DNA of 64,000 bases from the NCBI GenBank assembly GCA_964188305.1, contig OZ076889.1. The stretch is one strand, 5' to 3'. A model generated the notes under the pieces. That model saw only the letters and a program-made list of their open reading frames with translations. It did no database searches and was not told the origin of the DNA. The position numbers and the translations under genes were made by a program. Positions 49,351 to 62,949 of the stretch are shown piece after piece. Origin of the DNA: Podarcis bocagei. Its lineage: Eukaryota. Numbering within the stretch: the first letter of the stretch is position 1; every line of letters begins with the position of its first letter.

Positions 49351-51971
49351 AGAATCATAGAATCATAGAGTTGGAATAGACCACAAGGGCCATCGAGTCC
49401 AACCCCCTGCCAAGCAGGAAACACCATCAGAGCACTCCTGACATATGGTTGTCAAGCCTCTGCTTAAATACCTCCAAAGAAGGAGACTCCACCACACTCC
49501 TTGGCAGCAAATTCCACTGTTGAACAGCTCTTACTGTCAGGAAGTTCTTCCTAATCTTTAGGTGGAATCTTCTTTCTTGTAGTTTGGATCCATTGCTCCG
49601 TGTCCGCTTCTCTGGAGCAGCAGAAAACAACCTTTCTCCCTCCTCTATATGACATCCTTTTATATATTTGAACATGGCTATCATATCACCCCTTAACCTC
49701 CTCTTCTCCAGGCTAAACATGACCAGCTCCCTTAGCATAAGGCATCGTTTCCAGGCCTTTGACCATTTTGGTTGCCCTCCTCTGGACACGTTCCAGTCTG
49801 TCAGTGTCCTTCTTGAACTGTGGTGCCCAGAACTGGACACAGTACTCCAGGTGAGGTCTGACCAGAGCAGAATACAGTGGCACTATTACTTCCCTTGATC
49901 TAGATGCTATACTCCTATTGATGCAGCCCAGAATTGCATTGGCTTTTTAGCTGCCGTGTCACACTGTTGGCTCATGTCAAGTTTGTGGTCAACCAAGACT
50001 CCTAGATCCTTTTCAATGTACTGCTCTCAAGCCAGGTGTCACCCATCTTGTATTTGTGCCTCTCATTTTTTTTTGCCCAAGTGCAATACTTTACATTTCT
50101 CCCTGTTAAAGTTCATCTTGTTTGTTTTGGCCCAGTTCTCTAATCTGTCAAGGTCGTTTTGAAGTGTGATCCTGTCCTCTGGGGTGTTAGCCACCCCCAC
50201 CCCCCAGTTTGGTGTCATCTGCAAATTTGATCAGGATGCCCTTGATAAAGATGTTGAATAAGACCGGTCCCAAGACAGAACCCTGTGGCACCCCACTAGT
50301 CACTCTTCTCCAGGATGAAGAGGAACCACTGATGAGCACCCTTTGGGTTCGGTCAGTCAGCCAGTTACAAATCCACTGAGTGGTAGCATAGTCAAGACCG
50401 CATTTTACCAGCTTCTTTACGAGAATATCATGGGGCACCTTGTGAATGCCTTGCTAAAATCAAGGTAGGCTACATCCACTGTGTTCCCTTCATCTACCAG
50501 GCTTGTAATTCTGTCAAAAAACGAGATCAGGTTAGTCTGACATGACTTATTTTTCAGAAATCCATGCTGACTATTGGTGATCACAGCATTCCTTTCTAGG
50601 TGCTCACAGACTGTTTGCTTAATGATCTGCTCCAGAATCTTCCCTGGTATTGATGTCAAACTGACTTGGCGGTAATTATTTGGGTCTTCTCTTTTCCCCT
50701 TTTTGAAAATAGTGACAACATTTGCCCTCCTCCAGTCTGCCGGGACTTTGCCTGTTCTCCAGGAATTCTCAAAGATGACTGCCAGTGGTTCTGAGATCAC
50801 ATCTGCCAGTTCTTTTAATACACTTGGATGCAGTTCATCTGGCCCTGGAGACTTGAATACATCTAAACTAGCCAAGTATTCTTGTACTATCTCCTTAGTT
50901 ATTCTGGGCTGTGTTTCCTCTGCTGAATCATTTGCTCCAAATTCTTCAGGTCGGGCATTGTTTTCTTTATCGGAGAAGACTGAGGCAAAGAAGGCATTGA
51001 GGAGTTCAGCCCTTTCTGTGTCCCCTGTTTGCATTTCACCATCTTCTCCTCTGAGTGACCCCACTGTTTCTTTGTTCTTCCTTTTGCTACGGACATACCC
51101 ATAAAAGCCTTTTTTGTTGCTTTTAACCTCTCTAGCAAGCCTGAGTTCATTCTGTGCATTGGCTTTTCTGACTTTGTGTCTACATGTGCTGGCTATTTGT
51201 TTGAATTCCTCTTTGGTGGTTTCCCCCTTTTCCATTTTTTTGTACACATCTTTTTAAAATCTTAACTCAGTTAAAAGTTCTTTAGATAGCCACCCTGGCT
51301 TCTTTAGGCACCTTCCATGTTTCCGTCTCATTGGTATTGCCTGAAGTTGTGCTTTTACTATCTTCCCTCTTAACAAACTCCCAGCCATCATGAACTCCCT
51401 TTCCTTTTAGTATTACTGTCCATGGGTTCTCACCCAGCACTTCCCTAAGTTTTATGAAGTCGGCTTTCTTAAAGTCAAGAAATTGAGTCCTAGTATGCTT
51501 GGCTGCTCCTTTCCGCTGTATAGTAAACTTCAGAAGTGCATGATCACTCGCGCCTAATGATCCTTCCACTTCTACCCCACTAACCAGGTCATCAACATTG
51601 GTTAGGACCAGATCTAAAATGGCTGTTCCTTTTGTTGCTTCTCCCACTTTCTGGACAATGGAGTTGTCTGCAAGGCCAGTGAGGAATCTGTTTGACCTTA
51701 TGCTGTTGGCTGAGTTTGACATCCAACAAATATCCGGGTAATTGAAGTCCCCCATTACTACTATCTCCCTTCCTTTTGCATGTTTGGCCATCTGTTCCAG
51801 GAAGGCATCATCTTATGTCCTCCGTTTGGCTTGGGGATTTATAGTAAACTCCCACAATGAGGTCTCTGTTATTCTTCTCTCCCTTAATTTTGACCCAAAT
51901 GCTCTCACTTTGGCTTTGAGGTTCTAAATCTTGGATCTCTTCACAGGCTCTAAATCTTGGATCTCTTCACA
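49351..51971 (-). mobile_element. 5'-truncated CR1 LINE (2.6 kb), ORF2 disrupted
   Basis: ORF2 is in pieces: 51282-51791 (MGDFN, SDH), 50417-51247 (KSPGPDE, QHGF, LDFSKAF), 50187-50438 ([15 protein letters not shown]) and 49427-49840. (TTCTATGA)n tail, TSD AGGGTCAT (49343-50 / 51971-78). Confidence 0.95.
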
Positions 51972-52310
51972 GGGTCATGGGTGGCGCTGTGGGTTAAACC
52001 ACAGAGCCTAGGACTTGCCAATCAGAAGGTTGGTGGTTCGAATCCCCGCGACGGAGTAAGCTCCCATTGCTCGGTCCCTGCTCCTGCCAACCTAACAGTT
52101 CGAAAGCAAGTAGATAAATAGGTACCGCTCCGGCGGGAAGGTAAACGGCGTTCCGTGCGCTGCTCTGGTTTGCCAGAAGCGGCTTAGTCATGCTGGCCGC
52201 ATGACCCGGAAGCTGTACGCTGGTTCCCTTGGCCAATAAAGCGAGATGAGCGCCGCAACCCCAGAGTCGGCCACGACTGGACCTAATGGTCAGGGGTCCC
52301 TTTACCTTTA
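51972..52310 (+). mobile_element. Sauria SINE (Squam1); its first bases are duplicated at 49344-49350 by the CR1 insertion
   Basis: Sauria head, body and tail. Its TSD TAAGTGAATGTTA lies at 49331-43 and 52309-21. Confidence 0.92.
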
Positions 52311-54374
52311 AGTGAATGTTACATTTTCCCCCTACAAATTATCTCATGGTTCATAATACATGCATGCAAATTCCAGAGAAACATTTACCACTTAAACTTT
52401 CAGAACGAGACAGTTGCTACCTTGTGTGGAGTTCTCACTTATACACAGTCCCCCTGTTTTGTATAAGATTAGAAGTAAAAAGGCTCTAAAGGGCCAAGGC
52501 GGTAAAGTGGATAATAATGATGTGAATGTATAATATTAAATGGAAAATAAATAAAAATTATATATTTTTTTAAAAAGTAAAAAAGGCTTCTCCTGTTTGA
52601 ATTTTATCCACATATGTGGATGAAAGGGACTCCTATGTGAAAAGGGATATTTATTTAATGCAAGAACCATCACACATAATAAGAAACCTTTTCCTGCGGC
52701 TTTGCCCTTGCTGTCATGTCAGCAACATGAAATTCTTCATGTAGTGAATATTTCATTTTTTGCTTTTATACAGTCTTTCTGATATACTTAACACAATGCA
52801 AAGTGGTACAGCACTTCTCTATCCGCAGTGGCTGTCTCTGAGTACTGCATTTCTTGGAAAAACATGTGTGCAGCTTGTATTATTTCCCTTTTAAAAGATA
52901 CACTTGTCTCTTAAGGACACAGTTTCAGAAAGTGCATTAATATTTTATCAGTCTTTTAGCCAAATTCAAGGCTACTTGTCCTTTATATGTGTTGTGCATG
53001 CAATTTTTTAACAAATGGATTTTATCTATCTCTCTCCCCCTGCCTCCCCTCAGTTTTGTTATGCCACCATTTCCTCCTGATTCCCTAAGTGTTCACTTTC
53101 TGTTACAGGCACTTTTAATGCACTCGCCATAACTTGCCACTTGGGAAACTTTGATAGTGTGGTATTCTGTGCTTTCTTCTTCTTTACTGTCTGTCCAGAT
53201 GCTTAACAATATTTATTGTTTGAACTTTGTTTTTATAAGTGGTTTTGTACTTTCACATCTTGTGGCACCAGTTCACACAAGCAGCTTTTCTTCTGAATAA
53301 GCTGGTTTCTTTGATTACCTATGTCCCAGATGAGCATATTCCATATTGCTTCCTTCCTTTTCTGGTTTGCAGAGTGAGATCATATGAAGGAATAATCCAT
53401 GATAACGGTTCTGCTGCACACAACAAAATGACACTTATCAGTTTACTGCATGTAGAAGTGGTGTCATGGAAACTAATTGTAGGATTGAATTGCTTGACAT
53501 TCCCTGGCAGCCTGTTTGGTGCATGCTTCTACATTTCTGCATCCTTCGCCACACTTCCCTGGGACTGTCTGTTGCCCTTTGACTGAAATTAGACTTTTGC
53601 ATTCTTGCCAGATTTCACACAGGAATTTCCTGGTTGACTTATCACGAAATTTCTAGAGCTTCCTAGTGACATAAGACAAGGGAGGACTCAGTCCATGCTA
53701 TCATTATTTTCCATTTGCCTTCCAAATATTACAGTCTCTGTCCAGCATCTCACCTTTTGTGAGCTCTCAAAAAGCCCATAGGCAATTGCATGTCTGCTAT
53801 CCAATATTTACTGACATTTTATTCTGATGTATCACATAACTGTGTAATGGATATGAGCTCTTTATAAATGACTTTGACCTTTCACTTTGACCTTTTGTGT
53901 ACTTCCTTAGTTTATTGCAGTTTAATTCATGGAAAGAGGGTTTATTTTATTTTATTTTATTTTAAAGGTTTTGCACTATATACAGAGGATCCAAACCTCT
54001 TGGGGCAAAAGATTGTGGTCCTGGATCTTTAAAGTTCCAGGCCTTTTTGGAGATGTAGTCTGGCCAAGAAACAAAGTCAAAGCTTTGTTTTCAAGCTGTT
54101 TTTGTATGTGCACTATGTGGCTCCAGTGTAGGTATTCTACTCTTCTGTGCATGCTCTCACAGTGCCCACGTTAAGAGGGGAACAACCACTCTTGATGGTA
54201 ACCACCCCCCCATGTTTAGAACTAACTTATCTAGTCACACTTCACAAATTCTTTGAGACCATCTTCACTATAGCTTAGCTGTACTGAACTGAGGATCAGG
54301 AATAATTTTGTTTTTTAAGTTCAGGGAGGCTGTGCTTAATTGATGTTTCATACCTGGGTTTATTATGTATCTGT

Positions 54375-54526
54375 TTGCCTTGAGTATATTGCCTTGAGTA
54401 TATTCTGTTGCCTTGAGTATATTCTTTTTATAAAAAGATAAATAGGAATAGATAGGAATGAAATATAGATAGGAATGAAATACAAATAATAAATAATAAT
54501 TCATTCCAATAATAATAATAATAATA
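54375..54526. repeat. Short tandem repeat cluster
   Basis: TTGCCTTGAGTATA x3, ATAGATAGGAATGAAAT x2, (AAT)n. Confidence 0.7.
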
Positions 54527-55012
54527 CAGTTTGAGCCTTGCTTCGACCAGGCACTTACTAGTTGGTCCTGGACAATCTATTATTTCTGTCTTAGCCACCC
54601 ATGCGTAATACAGATATAAGAATGTTGTTTTGCTTTACAGGATGGCTGTAAGAATCACACGCATGGGATTATGTGAATCAAGTTGAATTGCAAAAAAATT
54701 AAGTGCTATATAAATGCAAAGTATTCCTTATTCTAACTGAAGTAGAAAGGGATAATTTGTGGTTGAGGCTTTGAATCCATGCATTATTCCTTAGCTAAGT
54801 GATACATATGGGTGCAATGTTTGAACTAGATGTTCTGGGACTCCATAATGTTTTCAGTTCCTCTCTTTCTGCTCACATTTTCACCACTTCTAATATGCAA
54901 ATTACAAACACTCTGTACAAATAATATCTTTACAGATAAACAAGCTCTACATGCAAACATTTTACAGTAGTTAAGTCTGGTATTTACTAACTTTTAAAGG
55001 TATGATAGTTAT

Positions 55013-56072
55013 ATGTATGACTGACTGACTGCTAGATAGAAATTATGGGTGTGTGCTTGGGGCAGTGAGCTCCTAGCTCTTAGGAAACAGGTTAGTACCT
55101 TTGAGGCCAAAATAGTTGACCTGGAGAAGCTGATATAGGCAGGGAAATCGGTTGGCAAGGCCTGCAGAGACATACTAGCAGGAAAATGGCAAATGCAGTT
55201 CAGTGTAAAGGAGTGTAAAGTAATGCACATATATACCGGTAATTTCACATATACAGTCATGGTGTCTGAATTGACAGTGATTGACGAGGACTGACTTTTG
55301 GGATGTGTTGGATAATTCGATTAAGATGTCAACACAGTGTGCAGTGGATGTGAAAAAATGGGAATTCTGTGCTAGGGATCACTAGGAAAGAACAAATCTA
55401 CGATTCAACCATATTCAGACTACTGTTTGTAGTGGTGTAGAGCTGGAAAAGGTTCAGGAAAAGGCAACCAAAAGAGGAGGTCAGAGCAGCTGGGTAGAGT
55501 TTTTCTCCCTCTGTCATAATACAAGATATTGGGGACATCCAATACAGCCAAATGTTGCAAGGTTCAGGGCAGACAAAACAAAGTTCTTCTTCACACAGTG
55601 TATGGTTAAAGTGTAGAATTTGCTTCCACAAGAAGTGATGATGCCTGTCACCTTGGAGGGTTTAAAAGAGAGTTAGACAAATTCATGGAAGATAAGGCTC
55701 TCAGTGGCTAGTAGTAAGGATGTCAATGTTCAGTCTCTACTGTTGAAGGCAATAGGAACACAGGAAGCTGCCTTACCCTGAAACTGACCATTGGTCTGTC
55801 TAGCTGAATATTGTCTACACTGACTCAGGGTTTCAGATCCCAACCCTACCTGAAGATGTCAGGGATTGAAGCTAGAACTTTCTGCATTCAAAGCAGATGC
55901 TCTGCCACTGAGCTCTTCTTGCATTATATCTCTGAATACCTGTTGCTAAGAATCACAGGTGGGGGAGAGTGCTGTTGCGCTCACATTCTGCATGTGGGGC
56001 TTTCTGTGGGTCTCTGATTGGCTACTTTGAAAACAATAAACTAGACAAGATGGCTCTTCTTATGCTCTTATG
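55013..56072 (+). mobile_element. Old CR1 with ORF1 N-terminus fused to ORF2 C-terminus and 3' UTR; interrupted by a SINE
   Basis: 55013-55180 translates to MYD*LTAR*KLWVCAWGSELLALRKQVSTFEAKIVDLEKL (CR1 ORF1-like). From 55184 it reads KWQMQFSVKECKVMH (ORF2 post-RT). Tail CTTATGCTCTTATG. Confidence 0.7.
55753..55914 (-). mobile_element. tRNA-Ala-like SINE (Squam2-like)
   Basis: Reverse strand AGCTCAGTGGCAGAGCATCTGCTTTGAATGCAGAAAG...GTAGACAATATTCAGCTAGA...GGCAGCTTCCTGTGTTCCTA. Confidence 0.75.
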
Positions 56073-57537
56073 ACTTTCCAAAATCTTCCCAACATGCCTA
56101 TATCTTTTTTCTTTTAAAGAACAGCAACCCAAATTTACTGAAAACGTGATCAAATCCTGCTATTTCATCATTCATACTTAGGTGTGAAATACAATAAAGA
56201 TACCTAGCCGAGAGCACAGAGACTAGCTTTTCAAAGAGTTTTGTTACTGCATGAATATGCATTTTTCTAAAAATTATTTTTTAAAGCCTTTTTAAAAGAG
56301 CAGCTTTCCCCTGGAGGTATTGTTTTAGTTAACATAATAAAAGGACGATATATTTTGAAACCTTTTAAGTTTGCTGAACACCCCTCTTCCCCACAAATGG
56401 TTTCTCTTGAAATAAAAATCATTTTCCTTGATATTACACGTGGGACAATTTCCTGGCAGAGGAAGTACATTTAATTCCACCAAGTTAAGATAAAGTTACA
56501 GGATTGGCCCTTCCACTGAGAGATTGAGATGGCTGCCTTGGACAGTAGATGCTGGGGACAGGGAATAGTAACGATGTGTTGGCAGAGAAAAGCAGCCCAC
56601 ACTACTCACATGCCAAACTTCACTCCAGCAGTGGTTGTGGCTTTATAGTCCAGCCTGCAGCCAATTACACACTTCCTCCAAGTTGGAAGGGGACACTACA
56701 GTCTTTCCAGGCTTGTTTCAAGCAGATCTACTCAAATGTCAGCTGGTCTCCTGAGAAGTAATAAGGGGGTGGGGGAGAGATGACACACTTCTACTGTTCA
56801 GGAAAAACATCAACAAGATAGAAATCAGTTGCAAGGGTTTTTAAAAAATGCTGTCAACACTCATGTGGATTATTGGTTTATGCTTTCTGGCCAAACTTGT
56901 GGTTCTCTGCTGTTTAATAAAACCCAGTGACTCCATGTCACGTGCATGCAATGATATGACAAAGTTTATAGCCAAACACTAAGGCTGCCGTCCTGTGCTT
57001 ATTTAGATTAAGTTGTATTCAGATGTGTAAATATAGAGAAAAATTAGTTACATAGTGTTTATGTGCAAGTATGTAAGTTTATGGTGTGTGGAAATCTTCC
57101 TAATACAAGACTCGCCTACCATAATCACCACTGTCTGCATACAAATTCAAGATATCTCATGTAATAGGTAAATCAGGTGCAGTTTCCTTCATATCATGGA
57201 TTTGACCCTGGAGATAAATATATTTTCTTGTTCACACACACTCATGAAAATAGCATTTTAAAGAAACTGGTATTTGTGTTGCGTTTTCTGAATGAAATAT
57301 TTCACTCTTATGCTATTTAGATATTATTAAAGACTGTTGTATGTTGTATGAATGACTGTTTAAATTGTACATTAATTTTGTTTTGAAGCATGAGCACTTT
57401 AATATCTGTCATAATTTGGAATTTAAAATATTAGAAATCTAACATTCATTTGTGCTAGGTGACTAATTTCTTTTCTACCATAAAATTGAGCTGCAAATGA
57501 AAAGAAATTTTACATATACTGCACCTCTTCTTGCCTT

Positions 57538-57733
57538 AGAAACATAGGAAGCTACCTTAATTCAAGTTAGGCCCATCAGTCCATCTACCGTAATTCAGTA
57601 TCATCTAAATTATGTGGTAGCAGCTCTCCAGGGTTTCAGACGGGGTCTCTTCCAGTCCTTCCTGGAGGTGCCAGCAATTGAAACTGGGACCTTCTGCATG
57701 GAAGACAGATGCTCTAGCACTGAGCTATGGTCC
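57538..57733 (-). mobile_element. tRNA-Ala-like SINE (Squam2-like)
   Basis: Same family as 55753-55914 (AGCTCAGTGCTAGAGCATCTG...CTGAAACCCTGGAGAGCTGC...GCTTCCTATGTTTCTA). Confidence 0.75.
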
Positions 57734-60700
57734 TTCTTTAGAAAATAGGACCTCTTGGAACGTTTCCTCAATGTCTTGCATCATTATCCTGTTCTCAGAA
57801 GTAAGTCCTGTTGAGTTCATTGAGAACTACTCCCAAATAAATGGATAAAAGACTGATGCCTTAGACTATTAGGCTATTCAGTTTTATTTATGCTGAATAT
57901 GTAGTCCTTGCCTATTTTGTTTCCTCAGTCTGCTGAGCTAAAAAAATTCCACCATAGATGCTATGCAAGTACAATAACATTTTTTGCAGACTTGGGAAAA
58001 AATAGTTTTGAGCACTGTTTACCTCTTTGGTCCTATAAAAAAGTCTAAAAGAAAAATGTGATGAAAAATTCAACACCTTAGGCACTTTAAATAAACATCT
58101 GAAATTTTCAAAATAAACATGTCAGACATTCATTCATTCTCTAAGAAAACCAGATATATCTTTATTCCACTTCACTAGTTAACCCCTACTTAGTTCTTTG
58201 AAGCAAGATGTTTATGTCTGCAACCAAAGCAGAATATTTTGTTCGGGGTCCAAAGCAGCCATTCATTTACCTCAAGACAAGATTTCTATAGAACATTATT
58301 TTTACTACATCAGACATTTCTCCTAGAACAGAATCATCATACAAGAGAAGCTGAAAGAATGACACAGAATCCAGCCACAAGAAAGGCAATTTAGATGGGT
58401 ATCCAACTTGGATGATCATACCAGTCTCAAATAAATAAATGAATAATTAATATAAAATGTAAAGTCAGCCCTGTGATGACAGAAGGTGGAGCACACAGAG
58501 CAAACCCTGATATCTTTGCCTGTCTGTGTTGCTCTCTCGTTCCCACTGGCCATTGGCCCTGTGTTGGTGTGAGAAAGCCAACTGGAGCAGGCCTCCCCTC
58601 GTTTTTTCTTTCCCCAGGTCAGATGCAAATGAGCCATATTGAATGCCAGTGGAAGCATGCTTAGGCTCATGTTTAGCATAATAAGCATGTCATTCACTTG
58701 TATAGCTGATCCATGGCACATATTGAAAAGGGTAGCTTTTTCTGCTCAAGGATTATTTCTGAGGAGTGGTTTAGAAAAGTCAACTCAGGTTGATGTGATG
58801 GGAAGTGCAAAGTTTGAAAGATATGTTGAGTGACTTTATTCCTTTGTTCAACTGAAACTAGGGTTTATTTTCTGCTGTTTGTCTCAAGCAGAGAATCCTT
58901 CAAGTGGTTAAATGTCTGGTAGAATTTCTCTTTCTACCCTGTCTCCTTTAACTGATCTTCAGGGAATGAGATCTGAACTACCAGCCTCAAGTCACACTTC
59001 TGAGTGGAAGAGTCCTTGGCATCTATAGTGTTTGCTGGACCCATCATAATCCTTTATTTCAATATTTGTTAAAATATAGTTCTAAAAGAGTAATGCATGA
59101 CCACATGCTTCTGAAGAGGGTGCATGGGTGACCTAAATTCTTTGGGCAATACTAATGTGTTCCCCAATATACCCTCCCTCCTGCTTTTTACATTTTGAGT
59201 TATTTGTATGGAATTAAAAATTGCTTTCAACACTGAAATGATTCTGATTTAATTCACTCAGTTCATATGATCACACCTCATTTCATTGGGATAGAGTTCA
59301 CTTTGCCTATGCTCAAAACAGAAGAATCCTTCTGCATAGGGAAGATAAAGTTAATTAATTCAGTCATTCAACCGTACCATTGCTAGGTTGCAGATGTGGC
59401 AAATGCAGAAAAGCATTTAAAAATATCTACTGCATAAACTTGATATAGAACACTAATGATCTCACACCCAAGTCTTTCCTACCCTTAAAATTAGAAGCCT
59501 GGATGTTCTGTTTAAATAAATAATTGCCTGAAAAATTATACTTTCCCATTTGTCCTCTGCTATAATTGATGTCAACCTACAAATTAAGTGCCCATTAAGT
59601 AAATTGAATAAAAACCAATACTATGGAACTACTTTATGCTTTTCCTTTTCTTCTGGAATTAGCAGAGTAGTAAAACGGCATGGAGCAGAGGAAGTAGGTA
59701 ATGCTAAAACTTAAAGAAATTCCAGGTTTGTTGTTGCATGTTTTAAAAGCATGGGGCGACCTATCATGATGTATTAGGGCATTTATTTGTACCACAATTT
59801 GTATGGCTCAGATGAATTATTGAATGGTGGGGAACACAATATTTTTGAAGTAGCAAAATGGGAACCAAGCAAGAAGAACAATTTCTTTTTATCCTAGTGC
59901 CCCATCTGCCAAAGCTAAGCAATAATAAAGGAACTGGCTTTCATTGTTTCCATATAGTGAAGGTAGACAACATTGCCTCTGACACTTACGGAAGGAAGCA
60001 TGGCACTCTGGAAGCTTCAGATTTGGCCAAAACTCAAGGATTTCCAAAGCAACCTGTTTTGAGAGGCATGGGAAAGAAGCATAGGGAATGAACTTTCCCT
60101 GCTCTCCCATTTCCTGTTTGCTGCAGCTACAGATCTTGGTGTGTATTTTTATAAAAACCATAGAAAGTAGGGGATGTGCCACATTTTCACCCAATAGTCA
60201 TGCTCAGATAAATTCCTTATAGTTGCCAGGCTCACTGACTGACTACCCCAGATTACTTTCAATTCTGTCAAGCTAGAAACCTGGCAGCTAATATTAATAT
60301 GCAGACTAGTGTAATATCAGAGTTGGCTAGTGCCTGGAGGTTGTGGAGGCTATCGACAGAGAAGATACAATTATTTTAAGAGCTATATGTATGTGTATCT
60401 GTGTGTGAGAGAGAGGGGTGGGGTGGGGAGGAGGACTGTGGAGCACTGAAGCAATTAAAATCTCATAGACTAAGAAATTCCTTGTGCCTGCATAATATAT
60501 AGGGTAGCTCAGCACATGGATCTAGCTCTTCGTATAATTCTACAGATTGTGATTTCATGCATCACATTTTATGGCCATATCCATCATTTATGTAGTCAAG
60601 CAAGAGGATGCAAGACAGACAGACTTCACATCCAGTCTTCCAAACTACCCTACCTCCTGTAGGTTCTCCCTGTTTTAGAATAGTTTCATCATGTGTTTGT

Positions 60701-61062
60701 TTTTTCTTAGGGAAATTGCTATTACAATTCTATCGACTGTTTAATAGGTCAAACTGCCACACCTACCGCAACTTGCTTGCAGTTTTGGAGAGAAATAAAC
60801 TTATCTGAATTTAAGTTAATTGATCACCTGTAATATCTGATGAAAGTCTCATTTGTATTTGTTTTTTATAAGAAAACCCTTTAGTATATATTTATTTTAA
60901 TACAATTTTAGATGTGATTTACAGAAAATAACTGAATTCTACTGACATTAGTTCTGGCATTGGTGAAGGGGTAGGGGCATGTGTTAATGCTGCAGGGGTG
61001 GGAACTTCTAGAGGGAATGGCCAGTGCTGACTGACTTTCTGTCTCAATGGCTGTGTCATGCA

Positions 61063-61109
61063 TATAGCTCTTCTTTTCTGAATGGATATAGCTCTTCTTT
61101 TCTGAATGA
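61063..61109. repeat. 24-bp tandem duplication
   Basis: ATATAGCTCTTCTTTTCTGAATG x2. Confidence 0.8.
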
Positions 61110-62754
61110 CATATATGAAATAGAAGCAATATGCATCTTCAAGTGCGGTTCAGAATCCTGGGCTCTTTAAATTGACAGCTGTTAAGTGGTTTATGAAGTG
61201 AGATACCTAGTTATCTGCTGTGTTTGAGTCTCTGTGGAAACTAATCAGGGAGCAAATTACAGGTCAGCCTTTCTCCCCCAGATACGTAAGCTTTCAGTGG
61301 GCTCTTTCAAATGGCCTGTTTATTGAGTTCACAAACCTTATGCAGAGGTGTCTGCTTGCTACTGAGTACTGAACATTCTGATTTGTTTCTGGGGTAGTTA
61401 TGACAATGAGCAGTCGTCCTGATTGTTTATGTAGTGGTTGTACATCTTCCCATCAATAATTATCCCATAGTTTTTAGTGCATTTCCCTGTCATTTTTCTA
61501 ACTGCAAGAAGTCCATTTGTTGCATCGGGGGACTTTAATCCACTTTAATTGCACAAAGCTAAATTTACAGTATGCATTTGAATCCCTCCCAGAAAACCTG
61601 ATAGTGTTGAGATGCCCAAGATTTCACAGGTTTAGCGTGTAAATCCAGTTGTCAAATCATACTGTTCAGATATGACCATCACATTTCCCTCCATATGTTT
61701 TCTAACAGCTCTCTTCAAAAATGTTAACCCCCCTTTTGTTTTGCAGCTGTCCTTTCAACAATAGTCTCCAAATCCAAAATGTAGCCTCACACTTCAAGCC
61801 ACATGGAATGTAAAATGTTGCATGACTAGATAGCACAAAGGTGATATGCCAGAGAGGTTTAAAATATTAAGGTGTTCATAAATGCTTTTAAATAAATAAA
61901 TACTTCATTGGGGAACACTGTTCAGCACCATATGATTTCTATCTCTATATATATCTATTTCCTTTAGACAATAACATAAACTAAAAGGTGAACAGTAAGA
62001 AAAAGCAAGGGGAGAGGGGGCAGGTAAGGTGTGTGTGGGTCTGACACCCTGTCTAGTCAAACTAAATAACCCTTTGTGTATCTAGGAATTTCATCAAGCA
62101 GGATTTTGTATATATACCCCTATATGCTAACCAAATACCCATGTAATCCAAATATCATGTTACAGTGTGTTATGTTAAAGCTAAGCCAAAATATAGCTCA
62201 CAAGAAACTTGTAGCATCTACAATTATTCTTTTCTTTCCCATCCCGCCCCCAAACCAAATATACCTTAAATTCATTTCTTTTGTGGCTGTTCACAGCTCT
62301 ATTAATTAGCACTTTTTTGTTCTCGCTTGCTGTGCTGGAAGATAGCTAGATTCATTTGGTTTCCTAGGCAATATAGAGATGCTGCTTGTTCAGTAAGACT
62401 GGAGGAGTTACCCTGTTGCCTAGCATCCAGGTGGTTCTTCCTATCTTTTGGTGCTGAGCTGCAACAGAGTGCTAGAAGACTGGTAAGTGCCCTTGTATTG
62501 TTTAGGTTACCGAAGAACTCTCCTTGCAATCTGGCTCAGTACTGGAAGATAGGAAGGTACTGCTTATACTATGAGCCCATTTTTTTGTCCTCCTTGGGAG
62601 CACTGATAAAAAGCTTTCTTCACATCCTGCAAACAAGGTTGCAGAGTTAGTAGGTCTGTTTCAACTCAGCTCTGTTTTATTTCTAATGTAAGCATTGCTT
62701 ATGTATCATTGTGTCAGCGTAAGTTACAGTAAATGGATATTATGAGTCTAACCA

Positions 62755-62922
62755 AACAAGCCTCTGAATAGCACTTGCTGTGAATCATAGATGGGGAGAG
62801 TGTTGTTGTGCTCAGGTCCCTCTTGTGCTTACCACAGGAATTTGGTTGATCACTGTGAGAACAGGATGCTGGACTAGACAGGTCATTGGCCTGATCCAGA
62901 AGGCTGATCTTATATTATGTTT
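62755..62922 (+). mobile_element. Old CR1 3' UTR remnant
   Basis: CACTGTGAGAACAGGATGCTGGACTAGA..GGCCTGATCCAG..CTTATATTATGTT. Confidence 0.65.
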
Positions 62923-62949
62923 CAATGGAAATGGTGTTAGGGGGTGTTA

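Noticed and set aside
61747-61840. Strong acceptor (CCCCCTTTTGTTTTGCAG) with possible donor AAG|GTGATA as the next coding exon
   Set aside because: In the phase following MMESL it reaches TAG after ~12 codons, and the donor is weak. At most a cryptic or poison exon.
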